Shown one piece after another: positions 12,701-25,887 of a stretch of DNA of 64,000 bases; positions within the stretch are counted from its first letter, which is position 1, and each line of letters opens with the position of its first letter. Made by a program: the position numbers and the translations under genes. The DNA lies in the NCBI GenBank assembly GCA_004431415.1, contig QPMI01000049.1:279245-343244 (forward strand), in the 5' to 3' direction. Source of the DNA: Cyanophora paradoxa CCMP329. Its lineage: Eukaryota > Plantae > Glaucophyta. The notes beneath the pieces were generated by a model that made no database searches, was not told the origin of the DNA, and saw nothing but the letters and a program-made list of their open reading frames with translations.

Positions 12701-15700
12701 GCAGGTGGCGCGGGTGGCGTCCGTCGTCGACAGCAACTTCACCATCGAGGTCAGCCCAGATTCGGGCCCTGATGAGCTTCCTCTAGCATCGCTCTAAAGA
12801 AATCTAGAGCTTCGAATTCGAATTCGCGTGCTTTGAATTCGTCAGCCCCGATTCACGGGCTTCGAATCCGTCTGGCATAGCTCTATAGGGAGCTAGGGAC
12901 CGCCACGACGTTCCAGCAATATTCCCTGATGCCCGGGCCGGGAAAAGAAAGCTTGCTGACGGGGGGCGGGCAGGGGATCCGGCGGGCGGCACCGGAGGGA
13001 CCCGACGCCGTGACCACCGCCTTCGTCATCTCCGCCTTCCTTCAGGTCCCCGCAGCCCCGCGGCCCCGCCCCCGCGTTTCAAGTTTCTAGCCTGCCTTAC
13101 GGGCGCCGGGAGACTTGAGCTTATCATAATAGGGGCGCAACGCACGCAACGCGCACGCAGCCGACGCACTCATTTCATGATCGATCATACGTGAATCTAG
13201 ATCTTCGCCGCCTAGGTCTTTCTGAACGTAGCCATAGGTTATTATTCTCCAGCGCAAGCTTTTAAGCATTATAGCCTTTGCGTAGCGTAATTTGAGCCCG
13301 GGTGGCGCAGCTGCGGGGGGCGGGGGTGATCCAAGCGAACGGGGCGGGCGGGGGCTCCGCCGGCACCGACCTCGACGAGCAGGTGCGCCCCGCAGGGCCC
13401 GCGAGGCGGGGCCCGGGTCGGGGGCCCCTGTCTAGCGCTGTCTAGCGGTCCAAGCGGGGCCGGCGCCCCGCCGGCGCCTCCGACCGAGCTGAGCGTTTCA
13501 TTGCGGGCAGGTGGACCCGGCGGGGTTCGAGGAGGAGGACTTCGGGGCGTGGCCGATCGTCACCGAGCCCTTCAACTTTCGCAACAGCACCTACAAGGCC
13601 CGCCCAGATCTAGATCTAGAGCAGAGCCTTAACGCCGGCTGCCTTTGATTGACAAGGGCCACAAACACCCGCTTACAAGCACCTTAGTCACACGCTGCTT
13701 TTATAATGCGAAGCACCTACAAGGCCCGCCCCGCTCGCCCCGCGCTCTAGATCTAGAGCGGAGCATATATATGTAGATCTAGATACACGCTGCCTTTGAT
13801 TTATGGCCCTTGATTTTTTTTTGATTTTTGCACCTGCCCGCCCGCCCCGCGTTAGCTTCAATATTTTAGTGCATGCCGCCTTCAACTTCTTCGACTAATG
13901 TATGCTGGCTACGACTTCTCTGACTCGGTCGCGCAGGACGCGATCTACGGGAGCATCCCCGAGCAGCAGCGGCGCGAGGCGCGCCGCGCCGCCCCGCCCC
14001 ATCCCCGCCGGCGCCCGCCCGCCCGCCCCGCGACCTGGGCCTAGGCCTAGGCCTAGGCCGCCTGGCCCAGATCTAGTTTCGCGCACCGCGGCCGTCGCTT
14101 GCTTGGGCCGTCGTTCCGCCCCTGACGCCCCGCCCCCCGCCCCCCGCCCCCCGCCGCAGGTGCACGGGCGGCACGCGGCGTGGCTCGAGTCGGACCCGCG
14201 CCGCGCCCTCTCCGAGTCCGCCGGCCTCGCGTGCGCAGTTGTACACGTACCCCGGCAGCCTCTATACCCTCCGGGGCCTCGACATGTACCACCCTAGGCC
14301 TCGGCCTTGGAGCCGCGAGCTAGTTATAGACGCCTCGATATCATCCTCGAGCTCGGCCCTGGCCTTCCTCCGGATCATATGACCTGGGTTCGGCAGGCTG
14401 CACTGGGCGCGGGCGGGGGAGCCGCTGCGCGCCCTCCCGCACCTGGAGCGGGCCGGCCGCCGCGCCTACGAGACCCTCTCCCTCTCCCAGGTGCCCGGGG
14501 GTGATCGAGAAGCTAAGCTAGAGTCCTCGAACGAATCTCTGAGATCCGATAAGTTTCAGCTTAGAGCTTGTCTTAGTAAACTCAGCTTAGAGCTTGTCCA
14601 GTGTCTAAACTAAACTAAACCGATGGCATCTAACAATCTGCTCTGCAGGCGCGGACGATGATGGCGGGGGCGGGGGCGGCCGTGGAGATGCTGGGCCTCG
14701 CCGGCCCCGGGGCCCGCTTCCTTCCCCCCGAGCTCCGCGCCGCCGCCCCGGTCCCGCTCCGCGGCCCGCCCCGCGCCGCCCCGGCCCCGGCCCCGGCGCC
14801 CCCGAGCGACGCCGACGACGAAGCCGACGGTCCCGAGGCCGACCGGTGCGCGCGGCGGGCGCGCCCTAGGCAACAACAAAAACCCAAAGCAGACGGGAAC
14901 CGTGCTGCTCTGCTAACTATATGTAACCAGGTGGAGCGCGGGGGGCTCCATCTCGGGATCGAGCGCGTGCTGGAGGGCGGTCCCCGCGGAGGAGGCGGAG
15001 CGGTGGCGGCTGGCGCGCCTCGCGGCCCTGCGCACGTGGGCATTCGCCGAGTTCCGCCTGGGGCGCCACTCCGCCGCCTCCGACCTCGCCGTGCGCCCCG
15101 TCCAGTCGGAGCTCTAGCCTCTAGATATAAGAGCTTATACTTGCTATAATTGATAATCTCCTTGCTATAGCTATAGCTCCTTGGTATTCAGCTCTGGCCG
15201 TTGCTCTTAGTTCCGCCTCCAAGGCTCGCGATCGGCCGCCGCCCCGCCGCCTCCGACCCGATCGCGAGTCGGAGCTCTGGATCTAATTAGATCTAATTAT
15301 AAGAGCTTATAGCTGTGAATAATCTCCTTGCCCCGAGTTCCTTTAGTTAGCTCTAGATTCAGTCGTTGCGCCGCGATCGCTCGCTTTACTTTCGCCGCAA
15401 TTGATGTCGACATCGCTCACGTTCCGGCGCTATGCTCCCTCGCCGCGCAGACGCTGTGCCTGGAGAACTTGGGAGAGGCGCTGCCCACCCCGACATCCGC
15501 GGGGCCCATCGCCGGCCTCCGTGCGCTCGTATAATCGAATCACTCAAAGCCCACTGACCGCGAAGAGCTCAAATCTAACATAAAACCGAATCTTCCTTGC
15601 GCTTACGCTGAATCTTAAGCGTAGCTTGGCTCTCTTGTTGAGCCTAGTACTAGTACAGCTATATGTAGCTCCCATAGTGTGCTCCGCCCTATTACAACCC

Positions 15701-18700
15701 TCGGCCGCTCACTCGCTCGATCTCGCTCTCGCACTCGCGCGGGGGCGCGCAGGGCTGGCGGCGCGGATGCTGCGGGTGGCGCGCATGGACCCCGACCGGC
15801 CCCGCCTCTCCCTCCAGGTCCCCGGCCCGCCCCGCCTTCGAAACTCGAAACTCGCTCCGCCCCACGGACAATTCAAAGACATTCGAAACTTTGACGTTCG
15901 GACAAAGACGCTCGCGATCGAGAGCGAAGCTAAAGGCCGCAGATGCAGACGCGCCGCGAAGACTCTAGCTAGATCTAGATCTCTAGAGATCTATACTCTA
16001 GATCGCGCCGCGAAGACTCTAGAGATATCTCAGAGTCGCGCGTCTAACCCGGGGCCCTCCCCCTGGGCGCAGGCGTGCGCGCGGCGGGAGGCGCCGTTCG
16101 CGGCGGCGGTGGAGGATACGGTCGCCATCGACTGCCTCATCCTCCTCGTCCGCATCGCCGCCGTCGTCCAGGTCCCCACGCCCTCCCCTCCCCTCCACCC
16201 CGCCCCGCCCCGCCCCGCCCCGCCCCCGGGCCCGCGCTCCAATCGGACAGAGTTAGCTTGCTCGCCGTCGAGCCCTGTTAACCACTACTAGTTGTACGTG
16301 CGTGTTTAGTAGATCTCCTTGTGGTATCCCGGCGCCAGCGCCAGCCAGCCCGCCGCCCGCCCTCGTTTCTATCTGTTCAAATTCGCCGCTCGCCGCTCGC
16401 CCCCTCCAGCTGCAGCCGTCTGACGCGGCCGCCGGTCCGACCTGTCCGAGCGCAGGAGATCGCCAGCGCGCGGTCGAGCACCTACTTCCTCGGGGGCTTC
16501 GCCGCCGCCCGCGCCGCCGAGCTCGCCATCACCCGGTCACCCCGCCCCCCCAGCCTCCCCCTCCCCTATCGATTTTAATACGCGCCCCCTCCGATCGGGC
16601 TCGCGTGCAGGGAGCTTCGGTGGCCGGCGGAGGCCTTCACGCGGGCGCGCGCCCTCAGCCACTTCGCCGCCGCCCTCGCCGGTACCCCCGCCCCGCCCGC
16701 CCCGCCCCGCCCCTCCCCTCCCCGCCCCGCCCCGCCCCAACGCAAAACCGCTTCGATTTAAGAACTATTAAGACGCGCATAAGAACTATTAAGACGCGCA
16801 CGCGCGCTTCGTACACGATGCTTGTGATTCTCCAGCTAGGACGGCGGCTCGAGTACTAGTTCTGGCTCTGACCGCGGTCTCAGTGCTGGGGCTGAGGTCG
16901 CGCTCGGAGGCGTTTCTGGACGCGGCGACGCGGCTGGCGGACAGCGTCGACGACAACGCGGCCCGCGCATCCGTCCTCGCCGTGCGAACCCCATCCGGAC
17001 CGAAGAGCGCATTTTCCGGGAACTGACAGACGCCCCGGACCAAAATTAAACCCTAACCCAAGAAACTGAGAAGCTTGAGAAATATAGATAGAATAGGCAT
17101 GCGCACGCGAACTGGAACTTCAATTAGTTGGATTCGAGCCCGAGTGCCACGCCTTGCGTTGGCTGCTCATATGAGGCGGGGCTGGCGGTGCTGGCGCCGC
17201 GAGAATCACTAAGCCACTTAAGAGAATCAGACAAAATAAGCATGCGCACTCGAACTCGAGTGCCATAGTGCCTTGCGTTGGCTGAGGCGGTCTGGCGCGG
17301 CGCAGGTGCGGAGCTTCGGCGCGTGCGGCCGGGGCCGCTTTCACGAGGGCATCGCCCACTTCGAGGAGGGTCCGCCCCGTTCCCCCCCCCCCTCCCCCCC
17401 CTCCCCCCCCCCCCCCCCCCCGACCCCGCGCCGGAAGGCACGCGGCGGCTCGGCATCTCGGCCACCCTGGACGTCATGGTCGAGACGGTGCCGTACCCCC
17501 CTCTTCCTCCCCCCCCCTCAGCCCCGCTGACTTCGGTCGGGCGCCAGTCGGCGTGGGTGGGAGTCGCCTATCTGCTGGTGGTGCGCCCATGGAAGAGATT
17601 AGTTAGAATCTAATAAAAGATGACCTTAAGAAGCCACCTAAAGACCGCTACCTGATTCACGAGCTCGCAGGGCCGCTTCTACGAGGCGGACGAGAAGGCG
17701 CGATCCCTCTCCACCTTCCTCTCCCGCGCCGGCTACCGCGGCCAGGGTTCGCCCCGCCCCGCTCGACCCTATATATCACGCCCGCCCTATCAACCCGGCC
17801 CCGACCGGGCCTTCTCCCTCCGACGCCGAGCGCAGCGCCGCTGCTGTGCGCGGTGGTGAGCGGCTTCAGCGCACTGTTCACGGGACAGGTGCCCCTCCTC
17901 CCCCCTCCTCCCCTCCCCCCCCCCCCCCCCCTTCCACCCCCAAGCTCCGGCGCCTGGTCCTTCGTCGCCCCGCCGACGCCCCGCCCCGGCCCGCCCCTGA
18001 CTTCGCCTTGTCTCCAAGCGAGCTTTGGAGACCCTTGAAGCCTTAAAGAGTCTCTATAAACCCTCGAAGCAGCCTCCTTCCCCCGACCCCGTCGCGCCCC
18101 TCCCCGCCCCTTGCCCCACACCCGCCGACACCCCCGCAGCTCGTGAAGCTCCAGGTCATCCTCGACAACGTACCCCAGGTCCGCTGGCTATTTTTAGGCC
18201 CCAGGCCTAGGCCTCGGCCTTTTCAAGCTTCAGCTTTCGAGCTCGAGCTCAGGCCCCGCCCCGCTCACGCGCCGCGGCCCGCAGGAGCAGCCCGGGGGCC
18301 TGGACGGGGAGCTGGGCCCCGGGGGCCACGGGGCGCCCCTGCTGACCCTCCTCCGCCGCATGCTCCGCGGCCTCGCCCGCTGGCGCACCCAGGTGCCCGA
18401 GCTTCTGCGAAAGATGGTTAGAAGATTCGATCCGGCGCCGTAAAGATTGTACATAAGATCTAGATTCAATCGAAGAAACGCATGCCGCTGCGCACATAAA
18501 ATATCGACCCGGCGCCCCGCGTCGCGATCGCGGCCGACGCCGCCGCGCGATCGCAGGGCGACCCGAGCGACGCCCTCACGGTCGCCCGCCTCACCGCCGA
18601 CGGTGAGTCACGCGCGGTCGGTGGTTCCATGGGCCAGCGGCCACGTCGGAGCGTGATCGTGATCGTGATCGTGATCGTGATCGCCGCAGCGTGGCCGACG

Positions 18701-19641
18701 AACATGGGGACCATGTGGCGGCACGTGCTCCTCATGTTCTGCTGCCTCGAGGCGCGCCCGCCCAATCTCACCTGCGCTCATCTGGGCTCACCCGAGCGGC
18801 AGGTCGCCGTCTGGAGCGCGCGGCAGGCGCGCGAGCGGCTCCGGCAGCTGGAGGAGCAGGCACGGGCGGGCGGGGAGTGGCGCGCGCCGCGGCCCGGCCT
18901 CTGGTCCCGCCTCTGCAGCGCGCTCCTCGGCCTCGGCCTCGGCGGGGGCGGCGGGGGCGGCGGGGAGACCCCCTCGTCTTCTTGGGGCCATGGGCGCGGC
19001 CTGTTATTCGTCCCCGCGACCGTGACGCCCTCGCGGCCGGGCTCGGGCCTGGGAGCGGGCCCCGCGCCCCCGCCCAGCCTGGAGCAGCGCCTCGCCCGCG
19101 CCCGCGCCCTCTCCGCCGAGGCAGATGCCCTCGCCCTCCGCCTCTGCAAGGCGCGAACTCGAATTTCCGACTGATTTCGAGCCCGCGTTTCCTCCTGACG
19201 GCCGCGACAGCTCCTGGAGGCGGTGCAGCGGCGGCGCATGCCGTCCCTGCGGCCCTTCTGCCGCTTGGCGTGCGCGGACGCCCCGGGGCGCGGCGCGCGG
19301 GGCGGGAACGCCTCGCGCCGCCTCGCCTCCTTCCGCGAGGCCCGCCGCGGGTTCGAGGAGGGCGGCCTGGCGCCTTCGCGGCGCTCGCCTGCGCCCGGGC
19401 CGCCGCCGCCGACCCGGACCCGGCGTCGGCCGCCGAGGCCGCCGCCGCCGCCGCGCGCCTCGCGAAGGAGACCGGCATGCGGCTGCCGTTCCTGGAGCGC
19501 CTGGCCTCGGCGCACCCCGGCACCGGGGCCTCCGGCCGCGGCGGCCTGGCGTCCCTCACCCTCGCCAAAATGGAGCGCCAGCACATCGACGCTGCGGCGG
19601 CGGCAACCGCCGCCCCCGCTTTCGTGCCGATGTGGGTGTAG
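5197..19641 (+). CDS. Soluble adenylyl cyclase-like protein (ADCY10/sAC type): tandem class III cyclase domains, STAND/AAA NTPase and helical C-terminus; multi-exon
   Basis: C1 exons read FEGAVLLVD|VKNFSSL and VLQYGGDAVLAF. C2 exons read VFADEKGASALLGFG, GRVFAGALGSECRQEFGMIGDA|VILASRLM and VTCKGFPHPL. Walker A VVEAEAGLG|KTALL (about 9180-9345). Walker B VAVFCEDVQW|LDPSSW (about 11140-11265). Further STAND-type segments include AGGVPLFLVEIV and FNFRNSTYK|DAIYGSIP..R.EVH. Exon boundaries were inferred by eye. Confidence 0.88.
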
Positions 19642-20229
19642 TGCTCGTGATCAGGAGTCAGCCTCTACTATCGCTCAGTTGCTGCCGTCCTCTTCATTCG
19701 CTCTCGTTCGTTCTCTGCGTTCTCGCGATCGTGTACGTATACCTTGTCGTGATCCCTAGGCTCCATATGTCTTGCGACTTCTTTGATTTGTGATTGCTTT
19801 GTTGCCTTTTAATATTACTACCTACGGGGGTTCGCCCTACCGTAGTCTCTCAAAAATAAAGTCAGTGGAAATGTTACAATATTCATGATTAGCTGCGTAT
19901 ACATTAATTTATCATGTGATCATAACCAGTGTGCAAATTAAAATCATGATGAAGTAGAGCGGGGCGAAGCTTTATATTAAATAATTACTAAGTTAAGTAG
20001 CTTCAGGCTTGCCATTCGTTCCCGCGACGTGTTTGTGAGTTCGAGTCTATGTCTCTCTAAGCCACTGGGCCAGTCAGAAACCAGTTCGTCCGACGGTCAA
20101 GTTTGTCTATATGAGCGAACCCATCCTCATCCTTCCCTGATGGAGCCTCGGTGAGGGATTTGAACATAAAAAGCATCATGCGAATCGCAAGTTCCTAATG
20201 AATGAATGTTCGAAGGCGAACTTTGCCCA

Positions 20230-23200
20230 TGTCTACCTAGAGCTCGAAATGTCTGCGGAGGTTTTCGAGGAAACAGGAAGGGTGGGGAACGAGGTTGAGC
20301 CTCGGAGGCATGGCCCATTGGGGGGAAGTTGAAGAAGGAAGGGGCCGATGGGAGGCCTATGGGGAATTCGGAGGGGCCTACTTGGGAAAGTCGACGGGCC
20401 GAGTTTTTACAGCTAGAGGGGGGACGCAAGGCCGCCGAGCTCGTCTGCAGAGTGGGAGGGGTACGTGTGCGCAAGGACGGCGTCACCCGCCAGCGGCTCG
20501 TCCAGCGGCCAGCCGGGGACGTCCGCAGCGTCCGCGTCCTCCGATTCGAAACCCGACGGGTCCACTTCCGCGCGGTACGACTCCAATCTGCGCGCAGGGC
20601 GCGATCAAGACGAGATCGGGCGGGGGTACATCGCAGCACGGTCGGGGTCGGGCGCACATCCTCGGCCGCGCAGGGACGGGTACGAGCTCCCAATCCTTCG
20701 TGCCGTCTTAGAAGGGGGGGGGGAAGAAGGCCGGGGGTACGGGGCACCTGGTCCTTGAGGTCTGCGGAGCATTCGTCTAGGGCCAAGTCGTGTGTACCCT
20801 CGAATTCGCCCGAGCTGCCCTCTACCCCCACGCACTTCGACAGGCTACCCAGCGCCATGATCTTGCCGTACGCCGTGGGGTAGAACCTCATCCTGGGGGG
20901 GAAGGCGTCGGCAGGGGGAGAGAGGGGTACGGGGGCGTGGCCGCGGGGGAGGGGTACGGCTTCGTTGTGGAGGGGCAGCCGTGGAAGGCCTTTTTGAAGA
21001 GGTTCAAGTTGAGGAGGAAGCGCTGCGCGGCGCACCCGGGCTCGAATCCCTCGGGGTCCGGGCGGGGGCGGGCGGGGGCAAGGCGCCAGTACGCACCTGC
21101 GTTGGCTGCTCCCCGCAAGCGCCTGCGCCGACAGCCGGCTCAGCGCGGGGAGGGGGAAGAAGAGGGAGGGGGGTACGCACTTCCGCGAAGTGTGTCGCCC
21201 GTCTTAAAGGTTGACGATGAGAGGTCCACGCAGTTCCTGTACCCCAATCGAATGGGAAGAGCGGGAGCGGAGCAACGAAGATAAAGACGTACCCGTACTG
21301 TTTCGCGTTCCTGCGGGCGCCGGCGAAGGTCAGCTGCGGTAAAGGACGAGAGCTCTCCCCCAGCCGGAGAAGGCGGCTGTGAGAGAGCGAACGAAGCGAG
21401 GGGGGTACGCACACTGCGGAGTGAATGCGCATGGCGGTGTCGAAAACGAAGTGCGTGTGCATGTCGTGCAGGTCCTTGCAGTCGTCGGTCACCTGAGCGG
21501 CGAGTGCGTTGGAGAGCTCAGACCCGAGCGATTCGGAAGGGGTCTACCCCCCATGGGCTCGAGGGGGGGCGTACCGTGATTTTGGTCGAAGCGTCGCTCC
21601 ACTTCCAGCACATTTTTCGGTTCGCCATGAGCCGAATCGCGTACGCCTGCGGGACGGGGAGGGGGGGGGGAAGGCGGATTGTGAATCCGATGGGGAGGGG
21701 GGTAGAGGGAGAAGCTACCTTGGGCTTGATGTCCCCGTTGGCACACAATTCGGCGTGACTCACCGGCCGATCCTGTTGGGGGGGGAGGGGGGGGGGAAGA
21801 AGGGGGGGGGGGGGGGCGGCAGTGAGGCGCCGGAAAGAGGAAGAAACGGAGTGGGGGGAAAGAAAGGGGGGAGAGCGGGGGTGGGAAGGGCGCGTGGGGT
21901 CGCACCCCCCACACTTGAACCTCAGGCTGCACGCGGGATTAGGGGGGTACAGAGTCTTCGGGCGCGGGGGGTACCAGCTGCAGGCCCTCGCCGTTCTTCT
22001 CGATCTTCACCGAGTCGCCCTCGACGCCCTTCGTGTCGACCGTGAAACTCTGCGCGCCCGGGTTCGAGCCCCGAGAGGGGATTAAAATGGCCGGCTCGGC
22101 GGCTTGCCTCCTGGCCGTTCGGCTCGACGTCCACTGGAACCTGTCGGGAGGGGGGCTGAGCGGGGAAGGGGGGGGGGGGGGGGGGTGGGAGGGAAGGGAA
22201 GGGGAGGGGAGGGAGGGGGGGGAGGGGAGGGAGTGGAAGCTGAAGGGGAGGGGGGGGGCACCTTTCCAGGGTAGTGCTGCTGGAATACCTGCGGGGGTAC
22301 GCGGCGCGGCGCGCTCAAGAGCAGCTCGGGGGTACGGGCGGTGGCCAAGATACGCACCTCCCTGCCGTGCCGCAGTACCCGTACCGTAATGTCCCTAAGG
22401 CGCTCGGCGCAGCAGTCCGTCCGCTGCGCCCGAAAGAGCCTCAGGATCGGCCCCGGGGGCGGGCCGGGGCGGCCTGGCAGCAAGGAACGCGGCCCACGTT
22501 GAAGATTTTGATGTGGTCGAGCTTGAAGCGGTCCTGCAGGTTGACCTGCCACCCTGCGGGCCGCATCGGCGGGGCGGGGGGCGCGCGGGGCGGGGCGCAC
22601 AGGGCTTCTTGTCCCACGCATCCGATGTCCACTCCCGGTCCGCCGAGTGGTTCTGAGGCGCCGAAGCTCCATGAGTAAGAGCTTCGGAGGCGGCGGGTTA
22701 GATGGTGAGAAGCAGGCGCGCACCCCTCCCGTCACTCCGTCTGCGCCGCGGGAGTTCGGCTCAAGATCAGCGACTCGCTTAGACGCTCCGGCCGAGGCCC
22801 AGCACGAGCGGCGGGCCAGGGCGCCAGCGCACCGACGGCGCGGTACGGGTTGCTGTCGAGGCCGTCCGCTAAGTAGGCCGAACTGGCGCTGGTCGGTTTG
22901 CGCAGCGCCACATTGTCTGCGGGGCGACGGCTTTCAATGTTCGGCGGCGGCGGAAGAGGAGGAGGCGGAGGAGGAGGCGACAGTGGCAGCGGCGTCAAGG
23001 CCACGCACTCGACCTGCGGGCAGAAAGGCGTCAGCGCGTCCGGCCGCCGACGTCGACGCGGCCTAGGCCTTAGCTATCCGACCGTGGCGTCGCCCCGAGG
23101 CCGCGCCGACGCGCGCTCTACGATGAAAAGCATGCATTGCTCTCTATTGGTACCCTGCATGTCCGCCTCTGGCGCCGCGGAATAAAGCTCGGCTAGCGTA

Positions 23201-23550
23201 CGAAGCCCCGGCCCCGGGGCGCTCTCACGCACATTGTAGCGGTTCAGCTGCGCTAGGCAGCCGCCCGCGAACGCCGCGGTCGCGGTGACGGAGAGGTGCC
23301 GCAGGCCTAGGGCGTTTTGGTGAGTGTACCCGTCTCGCTGCTTCGCAGCCTTCGCAGCCCTCGCTTGTTGGCGCTGCGGCGCACGGCGCTGCAGCGCTGA
23401 GTTTGGACCTTCGACGTCGGACCTTCGCCCTTCCCCGCACGCGCGCGCGCCCGGCTCGATCCGACGGTCACAGTGTGCGAGCGCATGCGCAGAAACCGAA
23501 ACCGCGGAAATTACAGTAAATGAACTTAACAAATTCCACTGCGACTGATC
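20230..23550 (-). CDS. Lectin-domain protein: F-type lectin (fucolectin) domain plus probable ricin B/beta-trefoil-like modules; multi-exon
   Basis: NVALRKPTSASS (about 22880-22915), QVNLQDRFKLDHIKIFN and TDCCAERLRDITVRV match the F-type lectin pattern. Downstream exons (IRLMANRKMCWKW, IRLGYRNCVDLSS, GKIMALGSLSKCVGVEG...LALDECS) resemble ricin-type repeats. Both ends are approximate. Confidence 0.7.
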
Positions 23551-23959
23551 ATATGAGCTACTAACACTAGTACTGTACAGCGCGCTGAGGGGCGCGGGCC
23601 TGGCGCCCTAGACGCCGGACTCGCGACGGGCCTCTAGGGTCTTGCGGACCCACGCCACCTGCGCGCGGCCCGGCCGGTTACTAAAAGTCGCTGGCTGGAA
23701 ATCAAGAAGGGGCCCGGGGGCCCTACTAGGCCACGCGGGGCCTAGGCTGGAGTGGGCGCCCCGACCCGGCGGGCAAACGCGTACGGCGGGGCCGTGCGCC
23801 CCTACCCCTGAATGGGGCTGGCCGCTGGCGGCGCCGGGCGGAAGGGGGCGGGTCTACTAGGCTAGGGACGGGAGGCCTGCCGGCGGGGATGGCGGGCTGG
23901 GCGGCGGCGGCCTCATCGATATCGCGCTGGATCTATAGCTAGATCGCGCGCGGGGCAGG

Positions 23960-25800
23960 GAGATCTAGAGGTGGATCGGAGCCTGGGCCTGTCTGCGCGA
24001 GGGCGAAGCGCCGGCGGGCGGGCGGGCCGAGCCGGGCGGCGACGGCCGCGGGAGCCTTTGGAAGAGACGCCCCGGGGCGCCTCGGATGGGCCGAGGGGAG
24101 GAGGGGGGGAGGGGGGGAGGGGGGGTGTGTGGATAGAAGAAGGAGGGTTGGGGCACCGGTGCCCGAACCACATGGACGAGGGGGGAGTTCTAAAGGGAGA
24201 AGGGGGTTGAGAGGGGGGGGGAGGAGGGGGGGGGTACCTGGGCAAGGGAGACGCCGAGCATGGCTGCAGCGACGGAGACCGAGCGCCACGTCACGCGCGC
24301 CCCCGCCCGCTCCAGCGCTGCCCGCCCGTCAGGCCACATGTACAAAGCGCGCTTAGGCTTCTAGATACAGAGCGCGCTGAGCTTAGATTTGCCTCTGGGT
24401 TCGCGAAAGGCCGCACTGAGAACTCGTGCGCCCTAAAGCTATGCTCGAGTGTGTATATGCTAAATACTTAAGCTCAGCTAAGTTCGCGGGGGCCGGCGGT
24501 GGCGCGCGCTCACCGCTCCGCTGGCGCGTCTCTCGGTTGCGCATCTCGAGCAGGCGCAGCTGCACCGCCTGCGCGCGCGCGCGAGGGCGGCGTGAGATCC
24601 AGGGGCGGTCGAAGGAAGGGAGCGGGGCGGTGCGCGCGTCCAGGGCGTGCGAGATGCGCGTGGTGGACTCGGCTGCGGCGCCCAGGTCCCGCGGCGCTGC
24701 GCATGCGCGTGCGCGCGTCGGCGAGGGAGCTTTAGACGGCTCATGATCACTGAGTTCGGGCCGCGCACGCGTGCGCCCCGCGGGCGGCTTGGAAGGGTCC
24801 GTGACCTACAGAGGGAGGGAAGGCGTGTGAGGGGCGCATAGCGGCGAGCCGGAAGCGGGCTGCACGAACGTCGATGGAAAAGAGGACAAGCTTCGTCTGG
24901 AAGTGGCTCATCTGCGAGGCGGGCGGGCGAAGGTGAGCGGGGCGCGCGCGCTGGCCGCAGACGGCCGATCCGTGAGCCTTGCCAATGACCTTGTTTCCGA
25001 AGCAGAACTTGTACGGGGCTAGCGTAGAGATGCGCGCGGGCTCGTCGCCTCGGAGCGAAGGCGCGGCGATGCGGGCGGGCGGGCGAGGGGGCGGAGGCGG
25101 ACCTGTCATCGTTGCGCGGAACTTGACTTCGCCCTCCCGCAAGTGCTCCTTCGGCGAGTTCGCGTAAACTTGGCCCCCGTGCGCATCCGTGACCTGCCGG
25201 GCGCGGCGCGCGGCGCGGTGAGCCGCTGCGAAGGAAGAGATCAAATCTGGCGCGCGCGAACCGAGAAGTCGATGTCGAGGTCGCTGGCGAGGGAAAGAGC
25301 GACGCACGAGGTTATGCATCGTCACGGAAGAAGATTCGCGCGCCCCGAAGGGGCGCGGCGCGGCTCTGAGACTGGCGGGAGATGGGAGAAGTGGGGCCGA
25401 CTAAGGTGCGCGGGCGCCGCGGTGGCGGCGCGGGGCGCCCGGCAGCATCTATCGAAAGCGCGCTCTACGCCCGAACCCAGCAGCGAACGCGCGCAGCCGC
25501 CGCGAGGCGAAGGAGGGAGCGGCCGTCGCGCGAGCTCGAGGCCCCGGGAAATGCGCCCGCGCCAGCGCGGGGCGCGCCGTCGCTGACGCACCCTCCTTTG
25601 AGCACAACAAACACCGTGTGAACGTCGAACCCTGCCGCGACGTCTTCGTAAACACAGGCCTGCGAAAAGTTCAAAATTCGACCACGGGGGCGACGCGGGC
25701 CGACGCAAACCTCCGCGCTGGGTCTTATGTAGAAGGCGTGGGTCTCCTCGTGGGCCGCGGCGACGGCGCAGAGCAGAAGGAGGGCAGCGAGGGTCTTCAT
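23960..25800 (-). CDS. p24/emp24/TMED family GOLD-domain cargo receptor; multi-exon
   Basis: Signal peptide MKTLAALLLLCAVAAA. GOLD segments FYIRPSAE|ACVYEDV...FVVLKGG, VTDAHGGQVY, GEVKFRA and YKFCFGN. Coiled region LRLLEMRNRET. Transmembrane segment VTWRSVSVAAAMLGVSLAQ. The 3' end is uncertain. Confidence 0.85.
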
Positions 25801-25887
25801 CCTTGAGGGGTACAAGTGCAGAATTTGGCCGAGACCAGAGCGATGCTTCACGCGCCGCTCCCGCCCCCAGGCGGATTCCCGATCCCC

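Noticed and set aside
22050-22085. tRNA T-arm-like GGGTTCGAGCCCC (also GGTTCGATC at about 10387 and 10623)
   Set aside because: No cloverleaf or A-box could be built, and the sites lie inside protein-coding genes.
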